From NCBI RefSeq assembly GCF_000315625.1, contig NW_005434425.1:1-48744 (forward strand): a DNA stretch of 48,744 bases, in the 5' to 3' direction. The notes under the pieces are model-generated. The model searched no databases and was not told where the DNA came from. It saw nothing but the letters and a program-made list of their open reading frames with translations. A program made the translations under genes and the position numbers. Of this stretch, positions 30,552 to 43,530 are shown piece by piece; position 1 is the stretch's first letter; each line of letters starts with the position of its first letter. Source of the DNA: Guillardia theta CCMP2712 (taxonomy: Eukaryota > Protista > Cryptophyta).

Positions 30552-33500
30552 CTAGAGCCGCAGTCCGTGTACCTGAGATGACACGAGAGAGTCAGCGAGG
30601 GAGGAAGACGGAAATGGCGGATGAGGATTAGAGGGCGACGAGGAGAAGTAGGAGAAGGGGCAGGAAGAGGAGCAGGAGAAGAGGTAGGAGAAGCGGCAGG
30701 AAGGGGAGCAGGAGAAGAGGTAGGAGAAGGGGTAGGAGGAGGTGAGAGGAGAGGAGAAATTTACTGATCCGTCGACTTCCTGTCTTTGCCAGCACACACA
30801 GGATGCTGCTTTGGACGGATACCTGAAGGAAGTCAGCACAAGAGATGGGCGGGAGGGAGAAAAAGCTCGGGGAGAAGTGAGTTGCAAGAGAAAAACGCAA
30901 AGAAGACGAGAAGGAGGAGATCAAGTAAGAGGGAGGGAGGGAGGGAGGGAGGAGTGAATTACAGGTTTCGAGGGATTGCGAGCAGGTAGAGGAGCAAGAG
31001 TTGTCGCAGCATCGATCAAGAACGGCACCTCCCGTTTGTGCCATGGCGAAACATCCCTGCAATCACAATGAGAGGAAGGAGTAGTAAAGGGAAAAGGGAG
31101 AGGAGAGGAGAGGAGAGGAGAGGAGAGGAGAGGAGAGGAGAGGAGAGGAGAGGAGAGGAGAGGAGAGGAGAGGAGAGGAGAGGAGAGGAGAGGAGAGGAG
31201 AGGAGCGTCAAGAAAAACTCACCAGGTTGATCTCCGCCCTTTCAGATGCGAGATGAAAGAGGATGATAAAGAAGAGAAAAAAGTCAGACATGTGGCAATC
31301 AAACAAGCGTCGAGCAGCTGAGGAGGAAGCGACTGATCGCGTTCAATGGTTGTTTAGAAGGAAGAAAAGGACAGGAGGAGGAGATGAGAGAAATTGAGGA
31401 AGGGAGGAAGGAAAGAGAAATTGAGGAAGAAGAAAATAAAGAAGACAACGAAGGGGTGAACAAAAGAGGAGACGAGACGAGACGAGAGAGGAGAGAAGAG
31501 AAGAGAAGAGAAGAGAAGAGAGGAGAGGAGAGGAGAGGAGAGGGGAGTAGAGGAGGAGGATACAAGTAGTCTAGGTCGCCATTGTTCAGTCTTGTGTCGT
31601 CGCTCGCGTTGTACCCTGAGCTCCCTGACAAGGCTGTACAAATTTCTTGCGCCTGCTCCTTCCATCAGTCCTGCTGTTCCCCTGCTTTCTTCTCTCCTCC
31701 TCTCCTCTTGTTTGCTCCCCTCCTCCTCTCTCACTCACTTGCATGCAGACAATGCAGGGCGACAGGCGACGACGATAAAGATAGTCCTGCGAGCAGAGCT
31801 GAGGGGAGGAGGGAGGAGGAGGGAGGACGGGAGAGAGGACGAGATGAAGGAGGAGGGATGAGAAGGAGAGGAGGGAGAGGAGGGAGGATTACTGTAGTTC
31901 TGCTGGCTGTATCAAATGCGGTGGCGTAATAAGCTTTACACCATCCGGTGTCTTGGATGTAGGGAATCTGAACGCCCGCGTGTTTGGGTTGGAAGCTGGC
32001 GAGGAAGTTGTTGTCTATCTTCGTCTGCTCCTTCATGCATCTCCCAAGACTGAACTGCGTGCAGTTGAACCCCACACGCATCCTCACACAGCCCAACGCC
32101 CTGCTTGTCTTCAGAACTACATGACGAGGAGGGGGAGGAAGTGGAGGAGGAGGGGGAGGAGGTAGAGTGTAAGTACTTGTCTTCTTTGATCCGTTCCTTT
32201 ATGAAGGAGGCTGGCTCCGTGTAGGGCGGCTGTAAACGAATCGAGTGAGATCAAGAGGAGAACCACAATCATCATCTTCTCTTCTTCTGTTCAAAACCTC
32301 GTCTTTGTTCTGTCTCTTTCTTCAAACAAGACCCAATTCTTTATCTCCTGCTAATCCTCTGCTTCCAGCATCTTTTCCTCTCCTTCCGTTTCTCTCTTTC
32401 TGCCTTGCTCCCTCCCTCCCCTTCCTCCCCTTCTTCTCCCACTGACCGCTGAGCACTTGCCGACACCCTGCAGGCTGCACATGGGCCTCCCCTTGGACCA
32501 GGACTGAAGATGTAGGTGAACGAGCGAAGAGAGAAGAGCGGCGAAGAGAAGCGCGCAGGTAGGGCAAGGGAGTATGGGGAGAAAGGGGGAAGGATCAAAA
32601 CCCCGCGGAGATAACGAAGGGAGTGAAGCAGGATGAGGCAAAGCGGGGCGAGGCGAGGCGAGGAGAGGAGATGAGAGGAGAGGAGAGGAGAGGAGAGGAG
32701 AGGAGAGGAGAGGAGAGGAGAGGAGAGGAGAGGAGAGGAGAGGAGAGGAGAGGAGAGGAGAGGAGAGGAGAGGAGAGGAGAGGAGAGGAGAGGAGAGGAG
32801 AGGAGAGGAGAGGAGAGGAGAGGAGAGGAGAGGAGAGGAGAGGAGAGGAGAGAAGTGGTAGCGGGAACCTCTGCCATCCAGTCGATGTAGGTAGTCGGAT
32901 CACCGAAGAAGCCGCTATTTGTAAGTGTGAGTGCGTATCAAGAGGATCGACGATGCAGGAGGAGAAGCAGGAGGAGCAGGAGGAGCAGGACGAGTAATGG
33001 GAGCCGGAGGGAGAGGTCAACTAGCTGCGAACCTGTACGTCTTGAATTGCCCGTTGTCGGTCTAAGCAAGAAGATAAGCATGAACAAATGACAGTGAGAG
33101 TGTGAAGTAGAAAGCAAAGATGAAATGACAGAAACGAAGAAGAGAAAGAGGAAATAGAATGGAAAATAGAAAGAAAAGGTGGAAGAAGAAGAAGAAAGAA
33201 GAAACACAGGAGGACAAGAAGAAGGGTGAGGAAGATCAGAATTAATGAATGCGGAGCAGTGAGAGAAGAGAGACAGAAAGCTGTCATAGAGAAAAGAATA
33301 ACAAATCATATTCAAGGTCACCCGGTTGCATCGAAACTGATTTCTGTAGAAAGAATCGTCGTACTCCATTGCAAGTGTCGCATCCCATTCTATAATGAGA
33401 TGCAAAGGAGGGATGAAATTAGTGAAGAAGTGAAAGCAAGAACCGAAGGTAGGGAGGAGGAGGAGGAGGAGGAGGAGGAGGAGGAGGAATAAAGAAGCTG

Positions 33501-36500
33501 TTCCAACCAATAGAAAAAGGCTGAAGTTGTTAACGCTATGAAGCCGTACCTGAAAACAACAGCATAAGAAGAAGTAGCAAGAAAGGGAGCCAGGAAAGGA
33601 GGTGGGAAGAGAGGAGTGAGGAAAAGTGGGGAGGAGATGAGAGGAGATGAGAGGAGATGAGATGAGAGAAGAGGAGAAGAGAAGAGGAGAGGAGAGGAGA
33701 GGAGAGGAGAGGAAAAGAGAAGAGGAGAGGAGAGGTGAGAAGGGATCAAAGGAAGGAGAGGAGAGGAGGAGACGAGATGAGAGAATGGAGACGGGGAGGG
33801 GAGGAGAGGGGGAGGAGTGGGGAGGAGACGGGGAGGAGACGGGGAGGAGACGGGGAGGAGAGTTGACAAGGCTCACAGTTCTCCAAGAGCATGAAGTTTG
33901 GCCTTCATGTAGCTGATGTTCTTCCATCGGAGTAGGTGAGGGACTGCAGGAGAGGATCAACTGTCAGGAGCAGGAGAAGCATGTCGAGTATCGTACCCGA
34001 TGCGAGAAGAGATATTCAATCATCCTGCTCATTCATCAATCCCAACTTCTCCTCCTCCTTTCTCCTCCAAATCTCTCCCTTTTCCTCTATGTCTCTGCTT
34101 CCTTCCTTCTCAATCCTCTTCCTCCTTCCAAACTCACTGCTTTCCCTTGGTCGCGTTTGCGCCTTGTGGAGCGATTGAAGGACTGTTATGATCCCTACAG
34201 TATCGTCAGCTCCTCCTCCTCCTCCTCCTCCTCTGCCAGCTCCCTCCCCTCCTCTTCTCTCTTACATTCTGCGATAGTCCAACAGCATGTTCCAGCGCAC
34301 TGATAAACAAAATCAGAAGAGGAGGGAGAGAAGAAGAACAAAGTGAAGAGAAGAGCCAGAAGCAGGAGGAGAAGACAAAGACGTTTGACGTGGAGGAGGA
34401 AAAGAAGAGCCAGAAACAGGAGGAGAAGACAAAAAGACGTTTGACGTGGAGGAGAAAAAGAAGAGCCAGCAACAGGAGGAGAAGACAAAAAGACGTTTGA
34501 CGTGGAGGAGGAAAAGAGGAGCCAGAAACAGGAGGAGAAGACAAAAAGACGTTTTACGTGGAGGAGGATTGAAGATGTTGAGACAGAGAGCAAGTATCAG
34601 GGAGAAGGAGGAGGAGACATGTGAGGGCTGTGAGAGGAAGGTGAGAGGTAAGGAGAACAAGAGCAGGAGGACAAGGAAGAGGAAGATGGGAGCAATTACC
34701 GAAGTTTTGATCTTCATAACCCCATGAAGTTGACATCCACAGGACCTGTTGGGTTCATCACAAATTGACTAGCCGTTGGAGCTCTCACTCTCAGTAGGCG
34801 AGTGCCGAGGAACACTTGACTGTTGAGGTATCTGCCGTTGACTGGGTCGCCGATCATGACCTGGGAGGGAGTGAGAGGAGGAGGCGGAGGAGGAGAAAAA
34901 GAGACGAGAAGGCGAAGGTCCTCGAGCGTCAGAATCAGCTCCTGCTATCAGATGAGAATGATGAAGGAGGGAGGGGGAATGGCAGAGGCGATGAGAGGAG
35001 GACACACTGATACCAAGAGGGGGAGCAAGAGTACAGCGAGGAGGAGGGACGAGGCAAGCGCGAGAAGGCAGGAGGGAAAGGGAGCGAAGACAGGAAAGAG
35101 GAAAGGGAGGACGGAGGAGAGGAAGGAGGGGAAGCAGGCAGGTTTCGACCTCCTTGAATTCAAGGTCTGTCATGAGCTCCCAGTCTACAAAGACTTCCCT
35201 GTCTCCTGTCGCTCGCAGGTATCCAACTGCTCCTTGAACATTGGCGATACTGGAGAAAGTGGTCGTGGCGCTGCATGGCAGGTGAGGGGAGTAGGGGAAA
35301 CGAAGAGTGGGAGAGGGAGGATCAGGAGGAGGAACAGAAGAAGGATCAGGAGGAGGAACAGAAGAAGGATCAGGAGGAGGAACAGAAGAAGGATCAGGAG
35401 GAGGAACAGAAGAAGGATCAGGAGGAGGAACAGAAGAAGGATCAGGAGGAGGAACAGAAGAAGGATCAGGAGGAGGAACAGAAGAAGGATCAGGAAGAGG
35501 ATCAGGAAGGGCTCACTCTGCTTGCGCTCTGATCCACTCGGACTCGAGAGTCTGACCAGGACGAGGGTTGAGGCGGATAATGGTGTTGAAAACGATGCGA
35601 ACCTGCGAGATAAGATGAAAAGGAAGGGAGGAGGAAGAGAGAAGGATGCGACGAGGACAAGATCTCACCGACAACGTGAGGGAGAGACGATGGCGATTGC
35701 AGAAGCCAGGATACATGTCGGGAACAACTCTGAGAAGATATCTGAAAGAACCAGCGGGATTAGCAAGAAGCGATTGAGCAAGGAAGGAGAGGAAGGAAGG
35801 GAGGAGCGCAAACAACGGGACAGAGGAACAAGGAGAAAACAGGGACGGACAAGGAGAAAGACTGCGACTGCGACTGCGACTGCGACTGAGATGAAATATC
35901 AAGAGGAGAGTCATCGCGGAAGTGAAGGGGGGAAAGGCCCGGGGGGGGCGGGTGGTGGGGGGGAAGGACAGAGAGTTTGTCTTGTCACCCATGGATATTG
36001 AGGAAGGGGTCAAACAGCCAGAAGGCATAACTCTTGGCTCCGTTGGAGGGAACAGCTCGCAAGCACCATATCGGGTTTTTGATGCCATGCTCGCCTTTAG
36101 GATTCAGCCCCTGCCCGCTCTCAGCTTCGCCTTCTCCCTCCCTCCCTCCCTCACCTCGATGCACGTGAACCAGCCGTGCTCGGCGATCTTCGGGGGCGCG
36201 TTGGGCATGGGGCTGCAGTCAATGACCGGAGTGACGACCGGGTTGGTCTGGTAGGGGGAGGGGTAGGTGGTGGTCTTGGAGACGTTCTGCCCCGCAGCAG
36301 AGCACTGGCACAGCATGTCAGTCCTGCTATCCCCCAGCTGCTGCCCACCTTGTGCCACGTGACAGTTGGAGGCTCATAGGCGACGTTTGGGACGAATGTG
36401 GTGGACTCTGAAGGAGCGCATGAGTAAGTGGAGGAAGAGGAGAGAAGGAGAGAGAAGAGGAGAGAGGAGAGAGGAGAGGAGAGGAGGAGAGGAGGAGAGG

Positions 36501-38885
36501 AGAGGCTTAGGCTTGCCTTCAGTATAGTAAAACCGAACTGAGTTGTAAAGGTTTTGGTTGGCGGTATTGATCTCAGCGGAGCAATAGGAAGCATCATACA
36601 CGGGCTGAAATTTCAGTCAACAAGTGTTTTGATCAGATCAGGAGCAGAACGTACAGATGCATCCACAGCCAGCGTGACATCAGCTGATACAAGTTAGCGG
36701 CTTGTGAAACACACTAATATCACATCACCGAAGGAGATGGAGTTGAGCGCTGGAGGGCTTGTGCACTGCCGGGTAGACAGGAGGGAAGGCGAGGGAGTGA
36801 GAAAATTATGTAGAAGTGAGCGATGATAAAGTTATGTCAGGGTTGATCAAAACAACGACGAGGAATGATAACCTGAAGTCTCTTGTCGTCGATGTAATAT
36901 CCTGCCACCTCCACCCGGTCAACTCCTGCTCCAGATGTGAACTGGAAGCGACATCGGAGGTTGTTTTTGCGGTAGTTGTAGAAGTACTCCCCTGCCACTG
37001 TAATCTGAGTCCCTCCAGCTGCTGGGCCCGATCTGTGTTTATCGTCACTTCACATCAAAACAGCAAGGGGAGAGCCTGCCTACCTCGGAATTAAGCTGTA
37101 CATGCGCAAAGCTCCTGCTCCTGGGACTGAGTTGGGGTCTGGGTCGACACGCGTGAGGTTCATCGAGAGGGTGTGGTACTGCTGGCCGTTGAGCGAGATG
37201 CGGAGAGAAACGATAGAAAGTGTCTTTGCAGGTACCACACAGAGAACAGAGCGAGGAATGGTCTGAAGCTCAAGGCGGTTGAAGGAAGTAGAGCGATAGC
37301 TGCTGATCCCCTCGTCCTTCCAGAGACAGTCGAAGGTGAAGTAGCTCATCAGGTTGACATATGAGGGCATCTGAACCATGACGGGAGCTACACAACCTTT
37401 TCCATTGTAGAGAACCCCAGGGTTGATGACAGCTTCGTTCGGCAAGCGATAGAAGTAGAACTTCGCGATCGCCCTCCCGAGTGGATATCCAGAAGAAGAC
37501 GTGACAAGAGAGTAGTCTGCATTGTAGATGAGGATGAGGGCTGGTCCTTCTCTCACTCGCACAGACTGCAAGGTGGCGAAGGAGACGTTCACCTCGAGGA
37601 TGCAGTAGTCCTGCGTTACTGTCACTGCTCCCACGCGTGACAGTCCTGCCGTTCGTTGGGTGGCAGGAGGGTAGGAGTTGAACGAGATTGAGGGGAAGGT
37701 GAAGGGGCCTTGAGGGTTCAGCCCCTTGTCTCTCATAGCTGAGTACATGTACAGGCTGACGTACAGCTTGAGATTGACGTACGACTTCCCGTCGTCCCCC
37801 GCATACAAGGGGGCTCCCCATGGTCTCACGTATATCAGGCCGGTTCGAAGAGCGCCTGTGCTCGACGTCCCAAGTTCAGTGTCGCAGTTGTCGGTGCAAT
37901 ATCGGTAGTGGACCAGACATCTGGGACCGATGGAAGGAGCCAAGTTAGCGAGATCGTTTGGGTTCTTGCTCGCTGTGATTCGCATGGGAAGTGAAGTTCC
38001 GGCGTAGAAGAGCCCTTGGGAGATCGTATCGTTGTCGCATGAAACATCAGGGCTGATCAGGCTCGGACATCCCTGAAAGCCACAGTTGGGGTAATAGACA
38101 GATATTGGCTTTGAGTACTCTGGAAGCACTGTTGTGTTTTCATTCGGATCTGTTGTCCAGACTGCAGTCCCGTTGCTGAGTGGTAACCAAGACTTGTACA
38201 GTTTACTTCCATCCGCCCTTCCTGCTCGCCTCAGCAAACGTTTATGGATGCACTGATAGTTTGCTGGTGGAGGCACTCCTTCCGTCGTTCCAACGTGACC
38301 TAGCACGTAGTAGTCCGTGGGGCATAATGGCGCTTTGATCACGAACTGAACTTGATCTCGTACGTATCCATTCTCCTCCAGTGTCAGCATCGGTTGAACT
38401 GCACGCGCTGCATTCTGTATGCAGCTCGTGATGCCGCTGGAGCTGACTGAAGTATTCGCACAGATGCATTGCGACACTTTAGAGTCCCACACTGTGCTTG
38501 ACTCCGGAAACTCGGCTTTTGCAAAGAGAGGAGGCACTGGGGTTCCTTGCCCGGTCTCAGCAGTAGCTAGGATGCAACCATACCCTTGTGGACAAGCATT
38601 CAATTCCTCATCGATAGCCAACACGGTAGAGACGAAGTTGGGGGGACCTTGATTGGGCATAAAGATGTCCCCGAGAAGGATGGGCGTTACGTTTTTTCCA
38701 GTTCCTACATCGACCGGGTTGAGCACGGGACGCCAAACCGACGCTGACGTGCATACTAGATTCCTCCATTCCTTCCAAACCAATGTGTAGTCTGACACCG
38801 GTACAAGAAAGATGGCAGCGCCCATGACTTGATGCATGAAGGCGCATGCCACGAGGGCGAGCTTGAGCTCAAAGGTCACCAACAT
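30552..38885 (-). CDS. Large secreted Cys-rich protein with N-terminal Vps62-like segments; many small 3' exons
   Basis: The 601-aa first ORF has a signal peptide, SVWRP..LLGDIF and PLCPTDYYVLGHVG..PP..YQCIHKRLL (Vps62-like). Many short gt/ag-bounded minus-strand exons follow, down to VHGLRL* at 30552. A single-gene model is not proven. Confidence 0.6.
31098..31205 (+). repeat. (AGGAG)n pentanucleotide repeat
   Basis: Perfect run. Confidence 0.95.
32660..32852 (+). repeat. (AGGAG)n pentanucleotide repeat
   Basis: Near-perfect run. Confidence 0.95.
34345..34568 (+). repeat. About 57-bp minisatellite, about 4 copies
   Basis: Unit agagccagaaacaggaggagaagacaaaaagacgtttgacgtggaggagg. Confidence 0.88.
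35317..35508 (+). repeat. 24-bp minisatellite, about 7 copies
   Basis: Unit ggatcaggaggaggaacagaagaa. Confidence 0.95.
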
Positions 38886-39444
38886 CTATTCGATATTATG
38901 CTCAAGCGATGGTGCCAATGACGTGGTGAAGGGATGTTCTTCTTCAAGAGAGCTCGGGGAACTCATTCAGCATGATGACGTATCCGAGAGTAGGTCATGA
39001 CAGCATCTGCCACACATCAAGTTAGTTCTCCAGGAAATCCATAACGAACCCTTCTGATTCAAATGCGCAATCAATGTAAACCATGAAGGATGTGCCATCA
39101 GCAGCTGATCAACCCAATCATTCTCTCATTCTTCCCCCCCCCCTCCCCCCCCTCCCTCGTTCATCATCATGTTCGAACTACATGTGCTCTCAGTATACCC
39201 GCCATGCATGACGCTGGCTCTTGTCATTCAATTGTCAATAATCTTCACAGGCGCAGGGGGTGGGTTGTAGTACCCCTACCCTAGGTATACAGTCCTAGGA
39301 CCCCATTGTTTCCCGAGAATCAACCCCCCCCTGTTGTTTTTTGGGCTTGGCTGTGGAAATAAAACGATCCTTTTACAGTCCAAAAAAGAAAGTTTGCTCG
39401 GCAATGTGGGCAGAGCCATACGAGGAAGAGAACTTTGCACCCGT

Positions 39445-40075
39445 TGCTCCGTCTCCTTTTCCCCTCCTTCTCCTTCTCCTCTGCTTCTCCTCTCATTCTC
39501 CTCTTCTTCTCCTCTCCTTCTCCTTCTCCTCTCCTCCTCTCCTTCCCTCCTCCTCTCCTTCTCCTTCTCCTTCTCCTTCTCCTTCTCCTTCTCCTTTTCC
39601 TCTCCTTCTCCTCTCCTTCTCCTCTCCTTCTCTCCTTCTCTCCTTCTCCTTCTCCTTCTCCTCTCCTTCTCCTCTCCTTCTCCTCTCCTTCTCCTCTCCT
39701 TCTCCTCTCCTTTTCCTCTGCTTCTCCTTCTCCTTTTCCTCTGCTTCTCCTTCTCCTTCTCCTCTCCTTCTCCTCTCCTTCTCCTCTCCTTCTCCTCTGC
39801 TTCTCCTCTCCTTTTCCTCTGCTTCTCCTTCTCCTTCTCCTCTGCTTCTCCTTCTCCTTCTCCTCTCCTTTTCCTCTGCTTCTCCTCTCCTTCTCCTCTC
39901 CTTCTCCTCTGCTTCTCCTCTCCTTCTCCTCTGCTTCTCCTTCTCCTTCTCCTCTGCTTCTCCTTCTCCTTCTCCTTTTCCTCTCCTTTTCCTCTGCTTC
40001 TCCTTCTCCTTCTCCTCTCCTTCTCCTTCTCCTTCTCCTCTCCTTTTCCTCTGCTTCTCCTCTCCTTTTCCTGTC
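39445..40075 (+). repeat. Long polypyrimidine (CCTTCT/CCTCT) low-complexity tract
   Basis: About 630 bp of almost exclusively C/T. Confidence 0.95.
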
Positions 40076-40397
40076 TAGCTCACAAGTCTTTTTTCTTCCC
40101 TCCCTTTCTCCCTTCCTCTCCCACTCCTCCCCGCCTCTCTCCCTACTCCTTCCTCCACTTTTTTCCTTCTTCGGCCCTCCTTTAATCGAATGCTTGCTTG
40201 CCGAACCACTATCCTCCCCTTTTGGTTCTTTGTTCCTCTTTCTGATTGAATTTGAAGAATGTTTTGCAGAAGAAGAGATGAATGGGACCTTGCACCAACG
40301 TCTTCTTCTCGGCCGTGTTGTGTAGCCTTCTCTTGGGTATTTTTCTTCAGAAAGGAATATGTGTCGGCTCTGACATTTAACAAAACTAGAAGTCAAG

Positions 40398-42062
40398 ATG
40401 GAGTCACAGTAATCAAATATTGTCATGTCTTTCCTTTCACCGTGCATGAAAGATTTATGGCACGATGGGAAGAAGAGCAAGTCAAACTCGAGCAGGCAAT
40501 AGTGAAGGACGACGTCGGGTGATAGAATGCTGGTTTAGCCCGGACTGAAAGCAAGTGCAGGTTAACATTCGATCCCGAGACCTTTGCAGGTTTGGAAAGA
40601 GTAGCAGGAGCTGATATTTCGTGCTCGCTTGAAAGGAAGGAGGAGGTCACCTGCTTCCTATGGAGATTTACACTTACTGTCACCTTCAGGCGGTGGCTTC
40701 ACTAGTTGTGATGGAATTTCCCTCAATGAAGGCGATTCAATGCAACATCTCAGTCTGAGAGCTGTAATTGAAACCAACTTCAGGTCTTGTATGAGAAGAG
40801 GAAATCTGTCAGGATCGACCTGCCGTACATCAGCGGGTTCCTGGCCTTCAGGTGGGCTTCTTCGCTCATGGGCCTTGTTTCACGAAATTCAGGGAGTCTC
40901 CTCCACTTGTCCAGATGATCGAGGTATGAGATGAGTGAGGATGGTAGGCTGCGACAAGCGTGAACAGGAGCTATAGCATCATCCTCTTAGGCTTCACATG
41001 AGTTTTTCGATCAATTGAGCGTGTAGCAACAAGCGAAACAGCAGAGACCTGACAAAACAGGCTATCGAGTTTTTGATGTGCATGTCGAGAGAAAAACTGA
41101 AGCAGAACGAACCAAATTTTCGTTCATTTAGCGGGGAATTCGCTTGTTCCGAAAGCTGCTGTTTATCTCGGCCGTGGAAGAGACCTCATTTGACTGATTG
41201 GTTGCTGACTGCAGGAGATACGAGCTGACAAACCTGCTCTTCTTCCTCAAATCGTCCTCATCGATGGAAATGGGATACTGCATCCTCGCGGGTTGCAACC
41301 GCGAGGTTTGTAACCAGTTGAGCTGACAGAATTTCAAGATGTGGAGTTGCTTCGCATATTGGTGTTGTTACTGATATCCCAACGATTGGCGTGGCGAAGA
41401 ACTTGATCTGTTTCGACGGTTTGAATCGAGACGCAGTCAGATCCATTGCATGTTTTTTCTTTTCCTGAAGATACCAGGTGAAACACAAGGCGAGGGAAGA
41501 GCTTGTCAATCAAGGAGATTACTTTGTGCGCTCATTCTGGTATGAGCTCTTCTCATGTGCTATTCACTTTAGGATCTTGTCGGCTCCTCGGGCAAAGTTC
41601 ATGGCGCAGCTCTTATGGGACGAAAAGGTTGCCAGATTCTCTGATTGTTTTAAGTCTGATAGCTATTTGTAGATCGCAAGCAAGCCACGTGTAATCCTAT
41701 CTTCGTATCGATTGGACACAGGTGATAAGCATTTGTGCAAGGATAAAGGTCATGAATCCTTGTAGGACTTCACTCAAGACAGCTGTCAGGCTAGTTTCAG
41801 GGTGTGTTCCCACCCACTCATACTCGCATTATCATCACTTTATTTTCACATCACCATCACACTCTCCTCACATTGAGTTCTAGCGTCTTTTTTCGTCTTG
41901 ATGACGTCAACCTCTCACATCGTGTCCTTCAGCTGCTGCACGTCGTCAAGGCTACCGGAGCCCATACGGCAGGTTGACGTTCTTGTAAACTTGCGGCGGG
42001 GGCTGAGAGATGAAGAGGCGGATCTGCGATCTAGAGAAGCCGTCAAGCCGCTTGGAAGGTGA
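40398..42062 (+). CDS. ENDOV: Endonuclease V, multi-exon (not visible as one ORF)
   Basis: Spliced exons give RWEEEQVKL, RVAGADIS, AVASLVVMEFPSMK, VLYE..LPYISGFLAFRE, VLIDGNGILHPR, CGVASHIGVVTDIPTIGVAKNL, PIFVSIGH and RLPEPIRQ-ADLRSR. The canonical EndoV motifs and catalytic D/E/D residues are present. Confidence 0.93.
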
Positions 42063-42200
42063 AGGAGAAGGAGAATGATGAGAGCTGAAACAGACACCCA
42101 GACAACTTCCTGAAGCCCCTTGCTTGGACTTGACCTGAGACACGCGTGAGGGTCATGTTGTGAATATATTCCTTTTTGCGCAAACGAGCATTCTAGCTGC

Positions 42201-42794
42201 TCATTGTTGTTCTATGGTTTTAAATACTTCCATCCGTTTTCGCTTCTCTTCCTCTGCTTTTTGAAGTCTTTGAATTTGTTTTGATTTCCATCGGTGATAC
42301 TCTTCATCAGCCTTTTCCATGTAGCTCATTGCAGCTGAGAGTTTCTTTGCTTTCTTTTGCGCGTCTTGGTACCTCATCTGCAGTGTATCTGCTTTAGAGG
42401 AATCCATCCTGGGAAGATGCGATCCCAGCTCTGCTTCATACGCGTTCTCTTCTTCGCAAGCATACAGGCCGATGTTTTGACCGATTACAAGCTTGAGAAT
42501 TTCCATGGGCCCTCGATCCCACAAGACTTCACGACGGCATCTCAGCTGATTTATACACAATGGACGATGTGATACCTGAGATCTCAGAGTTGTTGCCGAT
42601 GCTGTAAACAGTCCCCACTCCTTGCTTGGAGCTTTCTATCCGCATGCCCACCTGGAAGGACAAACAACATCGAATCACATCAAGGATCTGAACAAGGGCA
42701 GTTGGGATTGAAGGTCTAGCCCTCAGGTCTCTTCTTCCTCCCTTACCTTCGCTTGTATGTCTTTCCCCACCGCCAGTTTATAATTGCCCTGCAT
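42201..42794 (-). CDS. Hypothetical small multi-exon gene with coiled-coil C-terminus
   Basis: Exons MQGNYKLAVGKDIQAK, VGMRIESSKQGVGTVYSIG and the 42201-42545 ORF (EVLWDRGPMEILKL..KAEEEKRKRME). Confidence 0.5.
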
Positions 42795-43530
42795 GTCCAA
42801 GCGTCAACCTCGACGCTATCAGGAGGGTGACTAGGCTTTAGTTAGTCAATCTCTTTATGTACGGTTTATGAAGCGAAACGGACCCTAAACCCTAACTAAA
42901 CGCTCCCACTACTACTGAAATGCTTGCGCAGAACGAGCGCTTGCAAGGTGTGTGAGATGTTAGCTTATCATGTTGCAGCTGATGTTACAAGCAGTACAAG
43001 CAGGATGAAAGAAGGATGTATGACTCACGAGGTATTGCATGGTCCAATCACATGGCTCATGTTCAAATTACAATGAACTCAGGATCAAAGATAAGATGGA
43101 CGTTACATGATTCATAGACAGGACAAGCTCAGGCTACTATTATTTTATGACGCTGCAAACTTAAACCCTAAACTCTGTTATTATTATTTGAGTTTATCAG
43201 ACTGTTAGTCGAGGATTTGACAGCTAAGAACTAACTAGTAATGTTCTCTGCTCATCTCTCGCCTATTTATCCGTCTAAAGGGGTTCCCAACCTTGGGAGG
43301 TCGGCCCTTTGCGAAACCCTAAACCCTAAACCCGACAGGGAATGTGCCATCATGTTGGGAACCATGATGCCTTGTGATCGGCCTAATGCGGAAGGTGGGC
43401 ATGGCAGTCCGAAGCTCGTCAACGTCCTGCAGCATGATTTGATGATTCGATTTATTGATGATGTCCAGATTACATTTACAACTTGAGTACACTTAAACAC
43501 AACAAGGGATGACCCTTGTTGGGGCTCGAG

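Noticed and set aside
34823-36001. 392-aa Arg-rich ORF on +
   Set aside because: Antisense to exons of the minus-strand gene and built from purine-rich intron repeats.
39320-40480. Long 245-386 aa ORFs
   Set aside because: Stop-free CT/GA low-complexity tract, not coding.
40800-40935. Minus-strand coding-like peptide LISYLDHLDKWRRLPEF
   Set aside because: Antisense shadow of ENDOV exons, which carry the conserved motifs on +.
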